Position numbers and translations under genes: made by a program | Shown: positions 46,531 to 58,198 of the stretch, in pieces | How positions within the stretch are numbered: position 1 is the stretch's first letter | Layout: each line of letters begins with the position of its first letter | The notes under the pieces: model-generated | The model's input: the letters and a program-made list of their open reading frames with translations, nothing else | Database searches by the model: none | Told to the model about the DNA's origin: nothing | DNA from: an uncultured Planctomycetales bacterium | GTDB taxonomy: Bacteria > Omnitrophota > Gorgyraeia > Zapsychrales > Zapsychraceae | Direction of reading: 5' to 3' | DNA: 64,000 bases | Assembly: GCA_964535935.1 (NCBI GenBank) | Contig: CAZHWM010000020.1 | Location: forward strand, 1,210-65,209

Positions 46531-47043
46531 TTACCGAATAAAAGTAATCACTAAATTTGGTCTAAAATTATCATGGACCTTTTTTGCAATATTCCTAAGT
46601 CTCTTTTTTATAACAAATATATTCCTCAACTTAGCAGGCCTCTGAATCTGTTTTATCAATCCCCGTAAATCTTTTATAATAGGAGCGAGTAGTTCTTTTT
46701 TTTCTTCAGCTAACAACTCTGACATTTTCTCCAGCTGTTTTAGTTCCTGATTCAGCAAATATATCTGTCTCTTCTCACTACTGTTCTCATCTATTGCCTG
46801 TATAAGATCCCTATACCATACCCTCCATAAAGAATAAGAGTATCTATACTGGTCCTCCACGCTCATAGATTTAACAGGATATTCTTTCGGTTCTAATACA
46901 GGAACAATCTCCTGAGATTGACTATCCTTGTTCTTTTCCCTTATAAACTTCTTACGTAGTGGTTCACATCCCAATATACAAAAAACAATAAAAAAACAAA
47001 CAGAAACTAAACCGAAGATATTAAAAAAATATTTTCTATGCAT
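46531..47043 (-). CDS. hypothetical lipoprotein with helical/coiled C-terminal region
   Basis: The start is set at MHRKYFF after an AAAGGAG RBS. It has the lipobox-like sequence ILGC. No family recognised. Confidence 0.45.
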   Translation of the reverse strand: MHRKYFFNIFGLVSVCFFIVFCILGCEPLRKKFIREKNKDSQSQEIVPVLEPKEYPVKSMSVEDQYRYSYSLWRVWYRDLIQAIDENSSEKRQIYLLNQELKQLEKMSELLAEEKKELLAPIIKDLRGLIKQIQRPAKLRNIFVIKKRLRNIAKKVHDNFRPNLVITFIR

Positions 47044-47112
47044 AAAATCTCCTTTGTTTATGACCACAAGTTAGAATATAATTAAACTCTAAAAACTACT
47101 ATATCAAATCTC

Positions 47113-49203
<2,091 letters not shown>

Positions 49204-49229
49204 CTAACAAATAATTCCGCAACCATATC

Positions 49230-49952
49230 TTATCCAGAAGCTAGACGATACGCAAGGACTTCTGGTAGTCCTGCCTCTATAATCTTTCTCTGTGCAGACT
49301 TTATATCATATGCAACTCTCTTTACCTCTATCATATTCAAATCTGTATCATATATACAATAACATGCCATTGGATTACTATCACGCGGCTGGCCAACACT
49401 ACCTACATTAACTATATATTTACACCCAGTTGATAACTCGATAGAAAGCTCATTAGAAAAAAATAAACGACCATTTTTTTGAATAAAAATTTGGGGTCTA
49501 TGCGTATGACCTATAAAACAAACTGCCCGATCCATAAGATAAAATGTATCCGTAGCATTTATAATATCGTAAAGATACTTAAATCGTTCTGGATGATTAA
49601 GGCTGGCATGAACTATGATAAGATAATTATTTTTTAAAACTAATGGTAGGGCATTAAGAAAATCAAAATCCTCAAAAGATAAAAGCTTTCTACACCACGC
49701 AATAGCAGCCTTCCCCTCTGGGATAAAATACGAGGCGTCAATTTTCCCCGCAACAGCCAAATCATGATTACCTGCTACAGAGATAACCCTATGCTCTCTT
49801 ATAATATCCAGACACTCTCGTGGATTAGCACCATATCCTACTATATCCCCCGCACATATAAAGGAATCAACTCCAGACCTATGACATGACTCTATAACTG
49901 AGTTCAATGCCTCCAAATTCCCATGAATATCAGATATAACAGCATATCGCAT
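49230..49952 (-). CDS. metallophosphoesterase (calcineurin-like, YfcE/MJ0936-type)
   Basis: ISDIHGN, GDIVGYG, GNHD and GHTH motifs. Confidence 0.85.
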   Translation of the reverse strand: MRYAVISDIHGNLEALNSVIESCHRSGVDSFICAGDIVGYGANPRECLDIIREHRVISVAGNHDLAVAGKIDASYFIPEGKAAIAWCRKLLSFEDFDFLNALPLVLKNNYLIIVHASLNHPERFKYLYDIINATDTFYLMDRAVCFIGHTHRPQIFIQKNGRLFFSNELSIELSTGCKYIVNVGSVGQPRDSNPMACYCIYDTDLNMIEVKRVAYDIKSAQRKIIEAGLPEVLAYRLASG

Positions 49953-50059
49953 ACTTTTTTAGTATACCCAGACACATTCCCACTACGTCACATAAATCTT
50001 ATAGGGGACAATTAAAAACTATTATAGTTTATGATATACAAAAAAACTAGACATCATTC

Positions 50060-50338
50060 CTAAGTCTTTATAAAAAAACGAGGAGGGAAACTTTCATCTG
50101 TTTTATGAAAACTTATCTTTTTGTCTACTATATATCCCTTAAAATAATCTTCTATTAAAAAACAAAGCTGTTCTATTTTCCCTCTTTCTGCCTCAGCGCG
50201 TATCTCAACCGAACCGTCTGAAAGATTTCTAACCCAACCACTTATCCCTAAAGAAGAGGCATATCTTTGCACCGCATACCTGAATCCTACCCCCTGAACA
50301 TGACCATAAAATAATATATGTGCCTGAACAACCTCCAT
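50060..50338 (-). CDS. acyP: acylphosphatase
   Basis: 92 aa with [11 protein letters not shown] and [12 protein letters not shown] motifs. Confidence 0.9.
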   Translation of the reverse strand: MEVVQAHILFYGHVQGVGFRYAVQRYASSLGISGWVRNLSDGSVEIRAEAERGKIEQLCFLIEDYFKGYIVDKKISFHKTDESFPPRFFIKT

Positions 50339-50355
50339 AACATTAAAACTAAAAT

Positions 50356-51654
50356 CTATTTTTTCTTAGGTATCGTTATAATCAGCTCATCACCTTGAGT
50401 GGTTGTTGTCAATTTATCTGTATCCGCATCTTCTGGCAGAGATACAGATTTCAAAAATGAACCATAGGTATGCGAACGCACTGATGAATTTTTCGTAGTC
50501 TCTTCTGTCTGCTCAGAATATTCTCCTGATATGGACAATGAATGCTGATGTATTTCTATATCTATCTTATTCTTATTAAGACCCTTTGTATTAATCTTCA
50601 TCTCATATTTATCACCCAAATCCTTTAATTCAAAATCAGTATCATAAAACAAATCAGTATCAAACATCCCTGGCATACCTCCTTTAGAAGTTATACCAGA
50701 AAAACTATCTTCAAATATTCTACGCATACTCTCACGCATACGTTCCATCTCAGCAAACGGATCCCACCGTCTTCCCACAGAAGAGAAGGAAGGAGACAAA
50801 CTCTGAGATTTCATACTACTCGTATTATTAGAAGAAATATTACGTTTCACAGAGACACTTTTATTTCTTCTATACTCGTCCAATGCCTTTTTAACCTTCT
50901 CTATGGGTATAGCAAAACCTATACTCTGAGAATTCTGAACCACTGCCACATTAATACCAACCAACTCCCCATTCAAATTAAGCAATGCACCGCCACTATT
51001 ACCAGGATTAATCGGTGCATCTATTTGCAAAAGGCCATCAAATACGATCCTACCATTACTAGCCTCTATCTTTCTATCCTTCCCACTTATAACTCCCACA
51101 GTAACCGAATTTTCAAGCCCTAAAGGATTTCCTATCGCCACAACTGTCTCTCCTATCATAACATCTCCTGGCTTGCCCAATTTAGCTGCATGCAAGGGCT
51201 CAGGGGGAGTTATTTTTACAATTGCAATATCATCTTTAGGGTCTTCATACATCACCTTCCCCTCTACTGACTTACCATCCCTTAATATGACCACCACATT
51301 ACTAGCCATATTCACAACATGTGCATTAGTTACTATAATCCCATTCGTATCTAAAATTACACCTGACCCCACACTATGTAACTTCAATGCCCGCCTTGGA
51401 GTATAATAACCAAAGAATTTTTCAAAAAGCATATCGAATTCACTGCCATAACGTCCCCAAAATGGATTCTCACTAAGATAAATCAACCGCTCAGTACTTA
51501 TATTCACAACTGCAGAGGCATTTTCCCTTACTACCTTCACCACTGGTGTTTCTCTAGGATTATCCTTAGAGGCAAAAGCAGATCTCACGCATACACAAAT
51601 AACCGCTATCGACATAAAAACAATAGACCTTCTATAGGACGACCATCTCCTCAT
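50356..51654 (-). CDS. HtrA/DegP-type serine protease fused to a C-terminal Hsp20 alpha-crystallin domain (no PDZ evident)
   Basis: Signal-peptide-like N-terminus. The S1C triad contexts are TNAHV (His112), DDIAIV (Asp141/142) and GNSGGAL (Ser220). A Ser/Asn-rich linker is followed by [18 protein letters not shown] ... [29 protein letters not shown] ... [15 protein letters not shown] ... ELIITIPKK. Confidence 0.85.
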   Translation of the reverse strand: MRRWSSYRRSIVFMSIAVICVCVRSAFASKDNPRETPVVKVVRENASAVVNISTERLIYLSENPFWGRYGSEFDMLFEKFFGYYTPRRALKLHSVGSGVILDTNGIIVTNAHVVNMASNVVVILRDGKSVEGKVMYEDPKDDIAIVKITPPEPLHAAKLGKPGDVMIGETVVAIGNPLGLENSVTVGVISGKDRKIEASNGRIVFDGLLQIDAPINPGNSGGALLNLNGELVGINVAVVQNSQSIGFAIPIEKVKKALDEYRRNKSVSVKRNISSNNTSSMKSQSLSPSFSSVGRRWDPFAEMERMRESMRRIFEDSFSGITSKGGMPGMFDTDLFYDTDFELKDLGDKYEMKINTKGLNKNKIDIEIHQHSLSISGEYSEQTEETTKNSSVRSHTYGSFLKSVSLPEDADTDKLTTTTQGDELIITIPKKK

Positions 51655-51761
51655 AGCTCATCCCTCCTTTCCAACAAATCTACTCCTATATATATTCATA
51701 TAAAAATTTTAAATTAAAAATTTCTATCCACATTAAATTCTTTGCATAAATTAAATAAAAT

Positions 51762-52016
51762 TTATCCTAATTCAACGACAATATTAGGATCATACTTTTC
51801 CCTTAAAACATTTTGAATTGCATTAAGGGTTCCTATTGCCCCATGCGGACAGCATCCACATGCACCTTGATATCGTATAGTCAACACATTATCTTCATAT
51901 CCCAGCACCTCTAAGTCTCCCCCATCTCGTTGCAACACCGGTCGAATAAATTGTTCTATAATTTCATTTATTCTATCTAACCCTTCACTTCTATCTACTG
52001 GTTGTTCTTCAGTCAT
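51762..52016 (-). CDS. NifU C-terminal-domain (Nfu-type) Fe-S scaffold protein
   Basis: 84 aa. IRPVLQRDGGDLEVLGYEDNVLTIRYQGACGCCPH. Confidence 0.85.
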   Translation of the reverse strand: MTEEQPVDRSEGLDRINEIIEQFIRPVLQRDGGDLEVLGYEDNVLTIRYQGACGCCPHGAIGTLNAIQNVLREKYDPNIVVELG

Positions 52017-52114
52017 ATTCCCCTCCTTCGAATTATTATAAATATATCTCCTAACTTAACTATCCAATCTCAACTTCCAGATACTTTTTCTATAAATATA
52101 TTACGCTGTTTATC

Positions 52115-52747
52115 CTACTTTTCAAGCAAAAAAAGCCCCCAACTTGCCAAAAGATTATGAAATACAAAAATTATTCTACCGCCTAATATACCTATTTCTT
52201 TTAGAATTCTAATAGAGTTCTCTTTACAAAATATCCTAAAATCTTTAAGGCTCAAAAACCTCAAATTAGGCGTATCATACCACTGATAAGGCAGACCTTT
52301 TATTACAGGCACCTTACCCAAAAATGCCACCTGAAATCTGGCCTTATAATGACAAAAATTGGGTATGCCTACAATAACCTTTTTACCAACTCTAAGTGCC
52401 TCGAGTATGACCCTGCGTGCATTAACCACCTCCTGAAGGCTGCCATTCAATACCACATAATCAAATCGCTTATCAGAATAATCCAGCAGTCCTGTATCTA
52501 TATCCCCATGAGAGACACTTACCCCCCTAGCAACACATTTATAAATGGCCTTCTCGTTAATTTCAATACCCGTCCCATGACAGCCTTTTCTCTCTATCAA
52601 AAGAGAAAGTAACTCACCATCTCCACACCCTAAATCCAGAACCTTAGACTTAGACTCTACCCAGTCAAGGATAATCTTATAATCCAATCGAATATCATTT
52701 AATGGATTACTAAAAATAGCATCTTCCTCTTCTTTATTCATTGTCAT
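52115..52747 (-). CDS. metW: methionine biosynthesis protein MetW
   Basis: [15 protein letters not shown]-fold motif and [19 protein letters not shown]. It overlaps metX by 14 nt. Confidence 0.85.
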   Translation of the reverse strand: MTMNKEEEDAIFSNPLNDIRLDYKIILDWVESKSKVLDLGCGDGELLSLLIERKGCHGTGIEINEKAIYKCVARGVSVSHGDIDTGLLDYSDKRFDYVVLNGSLQEVVNARRVILEALRVGKKVIVGIPNFCHYKARFQVAFLGKVPVIKGLPYQWYDTPNLRFLSLKDFRIFCKENSIRILKEIGILGGRIIFVFHNLLASWGLFLLEK

Positions 52748-53876
52748 TCTGCCTTTGAATACGCCGTAAAAAATGAGATATAATATTAGTCTGATCCTCC
52801 GCCTCTATAAGAAAGGCATCATGACCATACGTCGAATTTATCTCAATATCAGAGACATCAAGATCATTAGCCTTTAAAGCCCTCACTATCTCTTTTGATT
52901 GATACGTAGGATACAACCAATCGGATGTAAAAGATATTATTAAAAACTTTGCCTTTGCACTGGAGAACACATCCTTAAGCTTCCCATCTTCAGCAAGATT
53001 AAAGTAATCAAGTGCCTTTGATAAATAAAGCCATGAATTAGCATCAAACCTCTGGACAAAACTGTCGCCTCTATACCTAAGATATCCTTCCACCTCAAAC
53101 TCAGTAGAAAAATCATATCCAAGCCTTTCCTTGCTTATAAGCTTACGACCAAATTTTTCTTCCATAGACTTCTCACTCATATAAGTAATATGCCCTACCA
53201 TACGTGCAACTGCTAACCCTCTTGCCGGGATAGCCTTACCATAGTAATCCCCGTCCATCCAATCGGGGTCAGCCATAATGGCCTGCCTTGCTACCTCGTT
53301 AAAGGCTATCTGCTGGGCAGTATGCCTGCTACTTGCACTAATAACAATAGCTGACAGAAGATTATCCGGATAAAGTATCGACCATTTGAGTGCCTGAAAC
53401 CCTCCCATAGAACCACCAGCAACACTTAACAATTTTTCTATCCCCAAAAAATCGATAAGTTTTTTCTGCGCATTGACCATATCCCGTATAGTTATAACAG
53501 GAAAACTTAACCCATACGGACGGCCTGTTTTAGGATTAATAGAAGACGGTCCTGTACTCCCCTTACACCCCCCTAATACATTAGAGCATATAACAAAATA
53601 TCTATCCGTATCAAATGCCTTACCAGGACCTATCATCATATCCCACCAGCCAGGCTTTTTATCTCCCTTATGAAATCCTGCTGCATGGGCATCCCCAGTC
53701 AATGGATGAAGAATCAATATAGCATTAGACCTATCTTTATTAAGACTACCATAAGTCTCATATGCCAATGTAATAGGTCCCAATTTCTCTCCACTTTTAA
53801 GCTCTAACTCATTAGGGGGTTCACAAAAAGTAACATATTCAGTTTCTACTATACCTACACTATTATTATCAACCAT
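52734..53876 (-). CDS. metX: homoserine O-acetyltransferase
   Basis: 380-aa alpha/beta hydrolase with GGSMGG nucleophile elbow, [14 protein letters not shown] and SDWLYP motifs. Confidence 0.95.
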   Translation of the reverse strand: MVDNNSVGIVETEYVTFCEPPNELELKSGEKLGPITLAYETYGSLNKDRSNAILILHPLTGDAHAAGFHKGDKKPGWWDMMIGPGKAFDTDRYFVICSNVLGGCKGSTGPSSINPKTGRPYGLSFPVITIRDMVNAQKKLIDFLGIEKLLSVAGGSMGGFQALKWSILYPDNLLSAIVISASSRHTAQQIAFNEVARQAIMADPDWMDGDYYGKAIPARGLAVARMVGHITYMSEKSMEEKFGRKLISKERLGYDFSTEFEVEGYLRYRGDSFVQRFDANSWLYLSKALDYFNLAEDGKLKDVFSSAKAKFLIISFTSDWLYPTYQSKEIVRALKANDLDVSDIEINSTYGHDAFLIEAEDQTNIISHFLRRIQRQNDNE

Positions 53877-53964
53877 TGTATATCTATCCCCAACACAACA
53901 ATATTAAAAAAACATTTTAACATAAACATAAAATGTGACAAGCCCAGTATAACTTCCCTTCCAC

Positions 53965-54885
53965 CTATTCTCTCTTCCTAACAACTCTGCTAGCCGCTGT
54001 CCTTAACATAGGGATGTATTCTTTTTTTGCTATCTCTATACCCTTATATATCTGCAAACTATCTTTATCTACCACACCAACTGCTCCCAATTCCATAGCC
54101 TTTTTAGCTATAGCAGAATTATCTTTAGCTATAGTAGACACAATAACAATGGGTTTGGGAAAATGTCGCATAATCTTATCAAGAAATTTCAAACCATCCA
54201 ATTTTGGCATTATTATATCTAAACTAATAACATCAGGATCCGTAGAGAGAATAAGATCCCGTGCCTCAAATGCGTCCTTAGCTTGTCCACATACCTCCAT
54301 ACCAGGAGTATCATTTATTATTCTTGATAGGATATTACGTACTATAGTAGAATCATCAACAACAAGAACACGTATATTCTTACTACGAAAATCCTTGCGT
54401 TCCTCCCCTGTGGGACGCACTATAACAGAGAAATCAGAAGTGTTAAAATATATCTTTCTCCCTCTAGTCCCGCCTACATCGCTTTCTACAATTGGTATCC
54501 TATACTCTAACAAAACCTCTTTTGCCATAGCAATATTCTCTTCTCCTATTCGCACACCAGAACCCAGATGGCTTACAACATTTCCCCCACCATATATCTT
54601 AGCTTTATAATTACCCACTGTTGGATCCAAAGTCAACAGTTTGTCTATAATATTCCTAGTGGACAAATCCCCAAAACGACCTATGTCTGTTTCATTAGGA
54701 TTAGTGGCACGATCCCTTACGAAATGATTCATAGCGGCTGATCCATTCTTTACATTATATACACATACCGCTACACAGGAACCAAGTAAAGTTGCAATAT
54801 ATTTCGGCTTTTTTGTAATGTGATATTCTCCTGGTAATAAAAAAACTCTTTCTAAATCTGAAGGCGCGACAGGTTCTGAATTCAT
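53965..54885 (-). CDS. cheD: CheD chemoreceptor glutamine deamidase fused to a CheB-type receiver domain
   Basis: Residues 1-160 carry LLGSCVAVCV...AMNHF...KIYGGGNV...IGEENI...DVGGTRGRKIYF (CheD). Residues 171-275 carry IRVLVVDDSTIVRNIL...DVISLDIIMPKLDG...IVIVST...VVDK (REC). Confidence 0.85.
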   Translation of the reverse strand: MNSEPVAPSDLERVFLLPGEYHITKKPKYIATLLGSCVAVCVYNVKNGSAAMNHFVRDRATNPNETDIGRFGDLSTRNIIDKLLTLDPTVGNYKAKIYGGGNVVSHLGSGVRIGEENIAMAKEVLLEYRIPIVESDVGGTRGRKIYFNTSDFSVIVRPTGEERKDFRSKNIRVLVVDDSTIVRNILSRIINDTPGMEVCGQAKDAFEARDLILSTDPDVISLDIIMPKLDGLKFLDKIMRHFPKPIVIVSTIAKDNSAIAKKAMELGAVGVVDKDSLQIYKGIEIAKKEYIPMLRTAASRVVRKRE

Positions 54886-54953
54886 TTGTTCCCTCCGTTA
54901 AATTTATCTAAAAATACCATAAATATTTAACCTAAATTATATACTTTCAATAA

Positions 54954-55352
54954 TTATTGTTTTAGTTTCGCCGTTCTATCAATAAAATCAACATATTCTC
55001 TATCATTTCCCTCTGACATACTCTCGCGTATATCACCAAACATCCTTATCATAAGATCACTCCCCTTAATAAACACATCCAAAAAACGATCATCTATTAC
55101 CCTACTTCCTGAACGAATAGATTCAATAGATTCCTCTAATATATGTGCTATCTCTTTTACCTTTAAAAATCCCAAAACAGCTGCATTACCTTTAATTGTA
55201 TGAAGAATTCTAAATATATAATCTATTTCTTCCCTATTGTCAGAAGAAGAATTTAAGGATATAGCAAGATTGGTGACCTCATTTAATGATTCCTCAGACT
55301 CATCTACAAATTGTATGACAACATCATGTATATCAGCATACGGATCAGACAT
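54954..55352 (-). CDS. stand-alone Hpt protein, paralogue of the CheA P1 domain
   Basis: 132 aa. FVDESEESLNEV...IDYIFRILHTIKGNAAVLGFLKVKEIAHILE aligns by eye along its length with CheA residues 1-110. Confidence 0.8.
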   Translation of the reverse strand: MSDPYADIHDVVIQFVDESEESLNEVTNLAISLNSSSDNREEIDYIFRILHTIKGNAAVLGFLKVKEIAHILEESIESIRSGSRVIDDRFLDVFIKGSDLMIRMFGDIRESMSEGNDREYVDFIDRTAKLKQ

Positions 55353-55497
55353 AACATCTACCCTATTAAGAATATATACTATTTAGGGGGACATAATAAT
55401 TACGTCGTGATAGTAATATATGGGATGGATAATCTACAACAACTTTATTAAAATTACTGTCTAATATTTCCCCTTAGAATATTTCTTATATTGTTTA

Positions 55498-57612
55498 TCA
55501 TAAAACATTTTCTAAATTTAACACAATAGCTACCCGTTCATCGCCTAAGATAGCCCCACCTGATATCAAATCAGAACGTGCGCCCAATCCTTCTATATCC
55601 TTTATAACCACCTGCTGCGTCCCAAGGACATCATCTACTAAAAGCACAAAATCTCTTTGACCTGCTGTTATAATTACTCCCACATACTCTGTCCTTTGAT
55701 CATCTTTATCCCTCTTTAATTCAAGCAGACGATCTAAGCGAATAACAGGAAACACCTTCTTATGATGAAGCAGGCACTCTCCTTCCTCTATAGTAGTTGT
55801 AATTTTGTCAGAATCAACCATAAATGACTCCCCAACACCTGCCATAGGAAGAACGAACCTATTATCACAAGAAGAAACAAGAAACCCTGCCATAATACGT
55901 ACTGCCACAGCCTTAGGTGCTTCTATAGTAAATGTAGAGCCCTCATCAAGAACACTTGATATATGTATCTGTCCACCCATCGCGTCTACATTCTTTTTAA
56001 CCACATCCATCCCAACACCTCTCCCGGAAATGTCTGTAATCTCTTTAGCAGTTGAAAAACCCGGAGCAAACAACAGATGATACACTTCTTGTTCAGAAAG
56101 TGTAGCTGCTCTCTCTTTTGTTAGGAGCCCTTTAGATATTGCATTCTCTATTACAACATCCCTGTTTATACCACCTCCATCGTCTTTAATAGATATAAAA
56201 AGGGAGTTTTCATTCTCTGTTATCTCTATGGTTATACTACCTTCCTCTGGCTTGCCTTTTGCCTTTCGTTCTTCAGGAGGTTCTATTCCATGATCCGCTG
56301 CATTCCTAACCATATGAACAAACGGTCCTTCCAAACTCTCCAAAAGACTCTTGTCTATTAAGGTCCCCTCTCCTATAATATGTACCTTTATCTTTTTCTT
56401 CTTTGCAACAGCGACATCATGGACTATACGGGGAGCTCTCTGCACCAATGTCTTGATAGGCACCCGACGTATATCCAATACGCTCTTCTGAAGCGCTGTA
56501 GACAGGTCATTAAACGTCTCATTATTCTTCTTAAGATTTATAACGTCCTTATTCAGTCCTAATTTCTCTGCAAATCGTTTTTGTATATGATCATACATCT
56601 CCCCCACAACAACTAACTCTCCTACAAAATCAAGGAACCTGTCTATACTAGATTCATACACTCTCATTGTCTTCTTGGATTTTACTGTGGCATCTTTATC
56701 TTTAACAGATACTGTCTTTTGTTTCTCTTCTCCCTTATCTGCTTCTTCTTTTATCTTAACGTTATTTACCTTACTTAAAATAACTTCTGCAAGAAAAGGA
56801 GTAAAACCTTCAGTAGAAATCGTTTTATTATAAGCATCTATAGCCTCATCTACGAATGAAACAGTATCTTCTGTAGCCTGCTTTTTCAACTCCTCCAAGG
56901 CTGAAAAAATTTTCTTCGAATTTTCATCATCAAGAATATCTCCAAAATCAGCGGACAAAATCTCTTTTACCATCCCTATCACATCTTTGTGTCCCGAAAC
57001 AGATAGTCCTTCTTCCCCCGTATCTGTTGAAGAACTACTTTCATCTGATGCACCATTAGCAATAGGAGAAACCAATTCCAGATTCTGTAAGATCCTCTTC
57101 CATATACTATTTAAAGAAGAATCATCCAAGACCAACTTCTCTTTAAACTGCAGTAAATCCTTTTTTATGAGCTTCCATATAGCAATAGGGTCTTTCTTCT
57201 TTCCGCCTTCAACATGAGATGTTATCTCATTAATAAGTCCATTATATTCAGAATCATCTTCCAACTCAGGTTTACCGGCCCTGACGTTTTCTAACATATC
57301 CTTCAAAAAATCTATACCACGTATAAGCACCCCTGATATAGTTTCACTGAATTTCATTGAACCTTCCCGCACCAGATTCATCAAATCTTCCATAATATGA
57401 GCAAGAGATTTTACCTTCATCAAATTAAAAAATGCAGAATTCCCCTTTATCGTATGAACTGTTCTAAAAATCTTATCAATTGCCTCTTTATTAGAAGGGT
57501 CAGATTCCAAAGTAATAAACATATTCGCCACTTCACTCAACATTTCCTGAGATTCGTCAACGAATTCCATAACCAACTCAGGATCAACTCCATAGTCTAT
57601 ATTTTCAGACAT
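55498..57612 (-). CDS. cheA: chemotaxis histidine kinase CheA
   Basis: P1 Hpt (FRTVHTIKGNSAFF), dimerisation region, HATPase N/G1/G2 boxes (HMVRNAADHGIE, DDGGGI, GRGVGMD) and a C-terminal CheW-like domain. Confidence 0.95.
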   Translation of the reverse strand: MSENIDYGVDPELVMEFVDESQEMLSEVANMFITLESDPSNKEAIDKIFRTVHTIKGNSAFFNLMKVKSLAHIMEDLMNLVREGSMKFSETISGVLIRGIDFLKDMLENVRAGKPELEDDSEYNGLINEITSHVEGGKKKDPIAIWKLIKKDLLQFKEKLVLDDSSLNSIWKRILQNLELVSPIANGASDESSSSTDTGEEGLSVSGHKDVIGMVKEILSADFGDILDDENSKKIFSALEELKKQATEDTVSFVDEAIDAYNKTISTEGFTPFLAEVILSKVNNVKIKEEADKGEEKQKTVSVKDKDATVKSKKTMRVYESSIDRFLDFVGELVVVGEMYDHIQKRFAEKLGLNKDVINLKKNNETFNDLSTALQKSVLDIRRVPIKTLVQRAPRIVHDVAVAKKKKIKVHIIGEGTLIDKSLLESLEGPFVHMVRNAADHGIEPPEERKAKGKPEEGSITIEITENENSLFISIKDDGGGINRDVVIENAISKGLLTKERAATLSEQEVYHLLFAPGFSTAKEITDISGRGVGMDVVKKNVDAMGGQIHISSVLDEGSTFTIEAPKAVAVRIMAGFLVSSCDNRFVLPMAGVGESFMVDSDKITTTIEEGECLLHHKKVFPVIRLDRLLELKRDKDDQRTEYVGVIITAGQRDFVLLVDDVLGTQQVVIKDIEGLGARSDLISGGAILGDERVAIVLNLENVL

Positions 57613-57733
57613 GTTACCTTCCTTTCAATAGGTCCTATATTAACACTCCCCTAAGAAGGAATTCGATTAAATCTAAAATATATATTTTAAAATACAAAAC
57701 ATGCAATACTCAAACTTGCATAAAATATACCTA

Positions 57734-58177
57734 CTATTCTGGTTTCATTCTTATCAATGTCTTAAGTTTCATCTGCCAATGTTTTAAATGATCAACCGCT
57801 GCCTTCACTGCATCCTCTAACTCTGCCATATCTTCTAATGGTTTAAATACACATGTATCAGCCCCTAAACGCATACAAGATAGAACATTATCCATAGTAA
57901 CATACCCTGTTATCATAATACAATGTGTCATAGGCGCACTATTCTTTATAGCCCGTAACAATTCTATCCCATCCATATCAGGCATATTAATATCAGATAT
58001 AACAACCTCAAAACGCTTCTTATTCATTATCTCAAGAGCCTCTTTCCCATTAGATGCACATTCTACTTCATATCCTATAAAACGAAAATGTCGTTTTAGC
58101 ATATCCCGTATATTTTCTTCATCATCGACAACCAAAATACGAGGCTTGGCATCTATTTCTTCTTGATTTTCCTTCAT
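57734..58177 (-). CDS. single-domain response regulator (receiver only)
   Basis: RILVVDDEENIRDML ... VVISDINMPDMDG ... IMITG ... KP. Confidence 0.85.
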   Translation of the reverse strand: MKENQEEIDAKPRILVVDDEENIRDMLKRHFRFIGYEVECASNGKEALEIMNKKRFEVVISDINMPDMDGIELLRAIKNSAPMTHCIMITGYVTMDNVLSCMRLGADTCVFKPLEDMAELEDAVKAAVDHLKHWQMKLKTLIRMKPE

Positions 58178-58198
58178 TTTATCACTCCTGATCTTTGA

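Noticed and set aside
54014-54610. 198-aa plus-strand ORF
   Set aside because: It is antisense to the CheD-REC gene, whose domains are unambiguous. It shows no motifs and has shadow-ORF composition.
57660-57700. Sigma28 (FliA)-type promoter upstream of cheA
   Set aside because: Only a loose TAAA-N15-TAATCGAA resemblance to TAAA-N15-GCCGATAA is present. This is too weak in AT-rich DNA.
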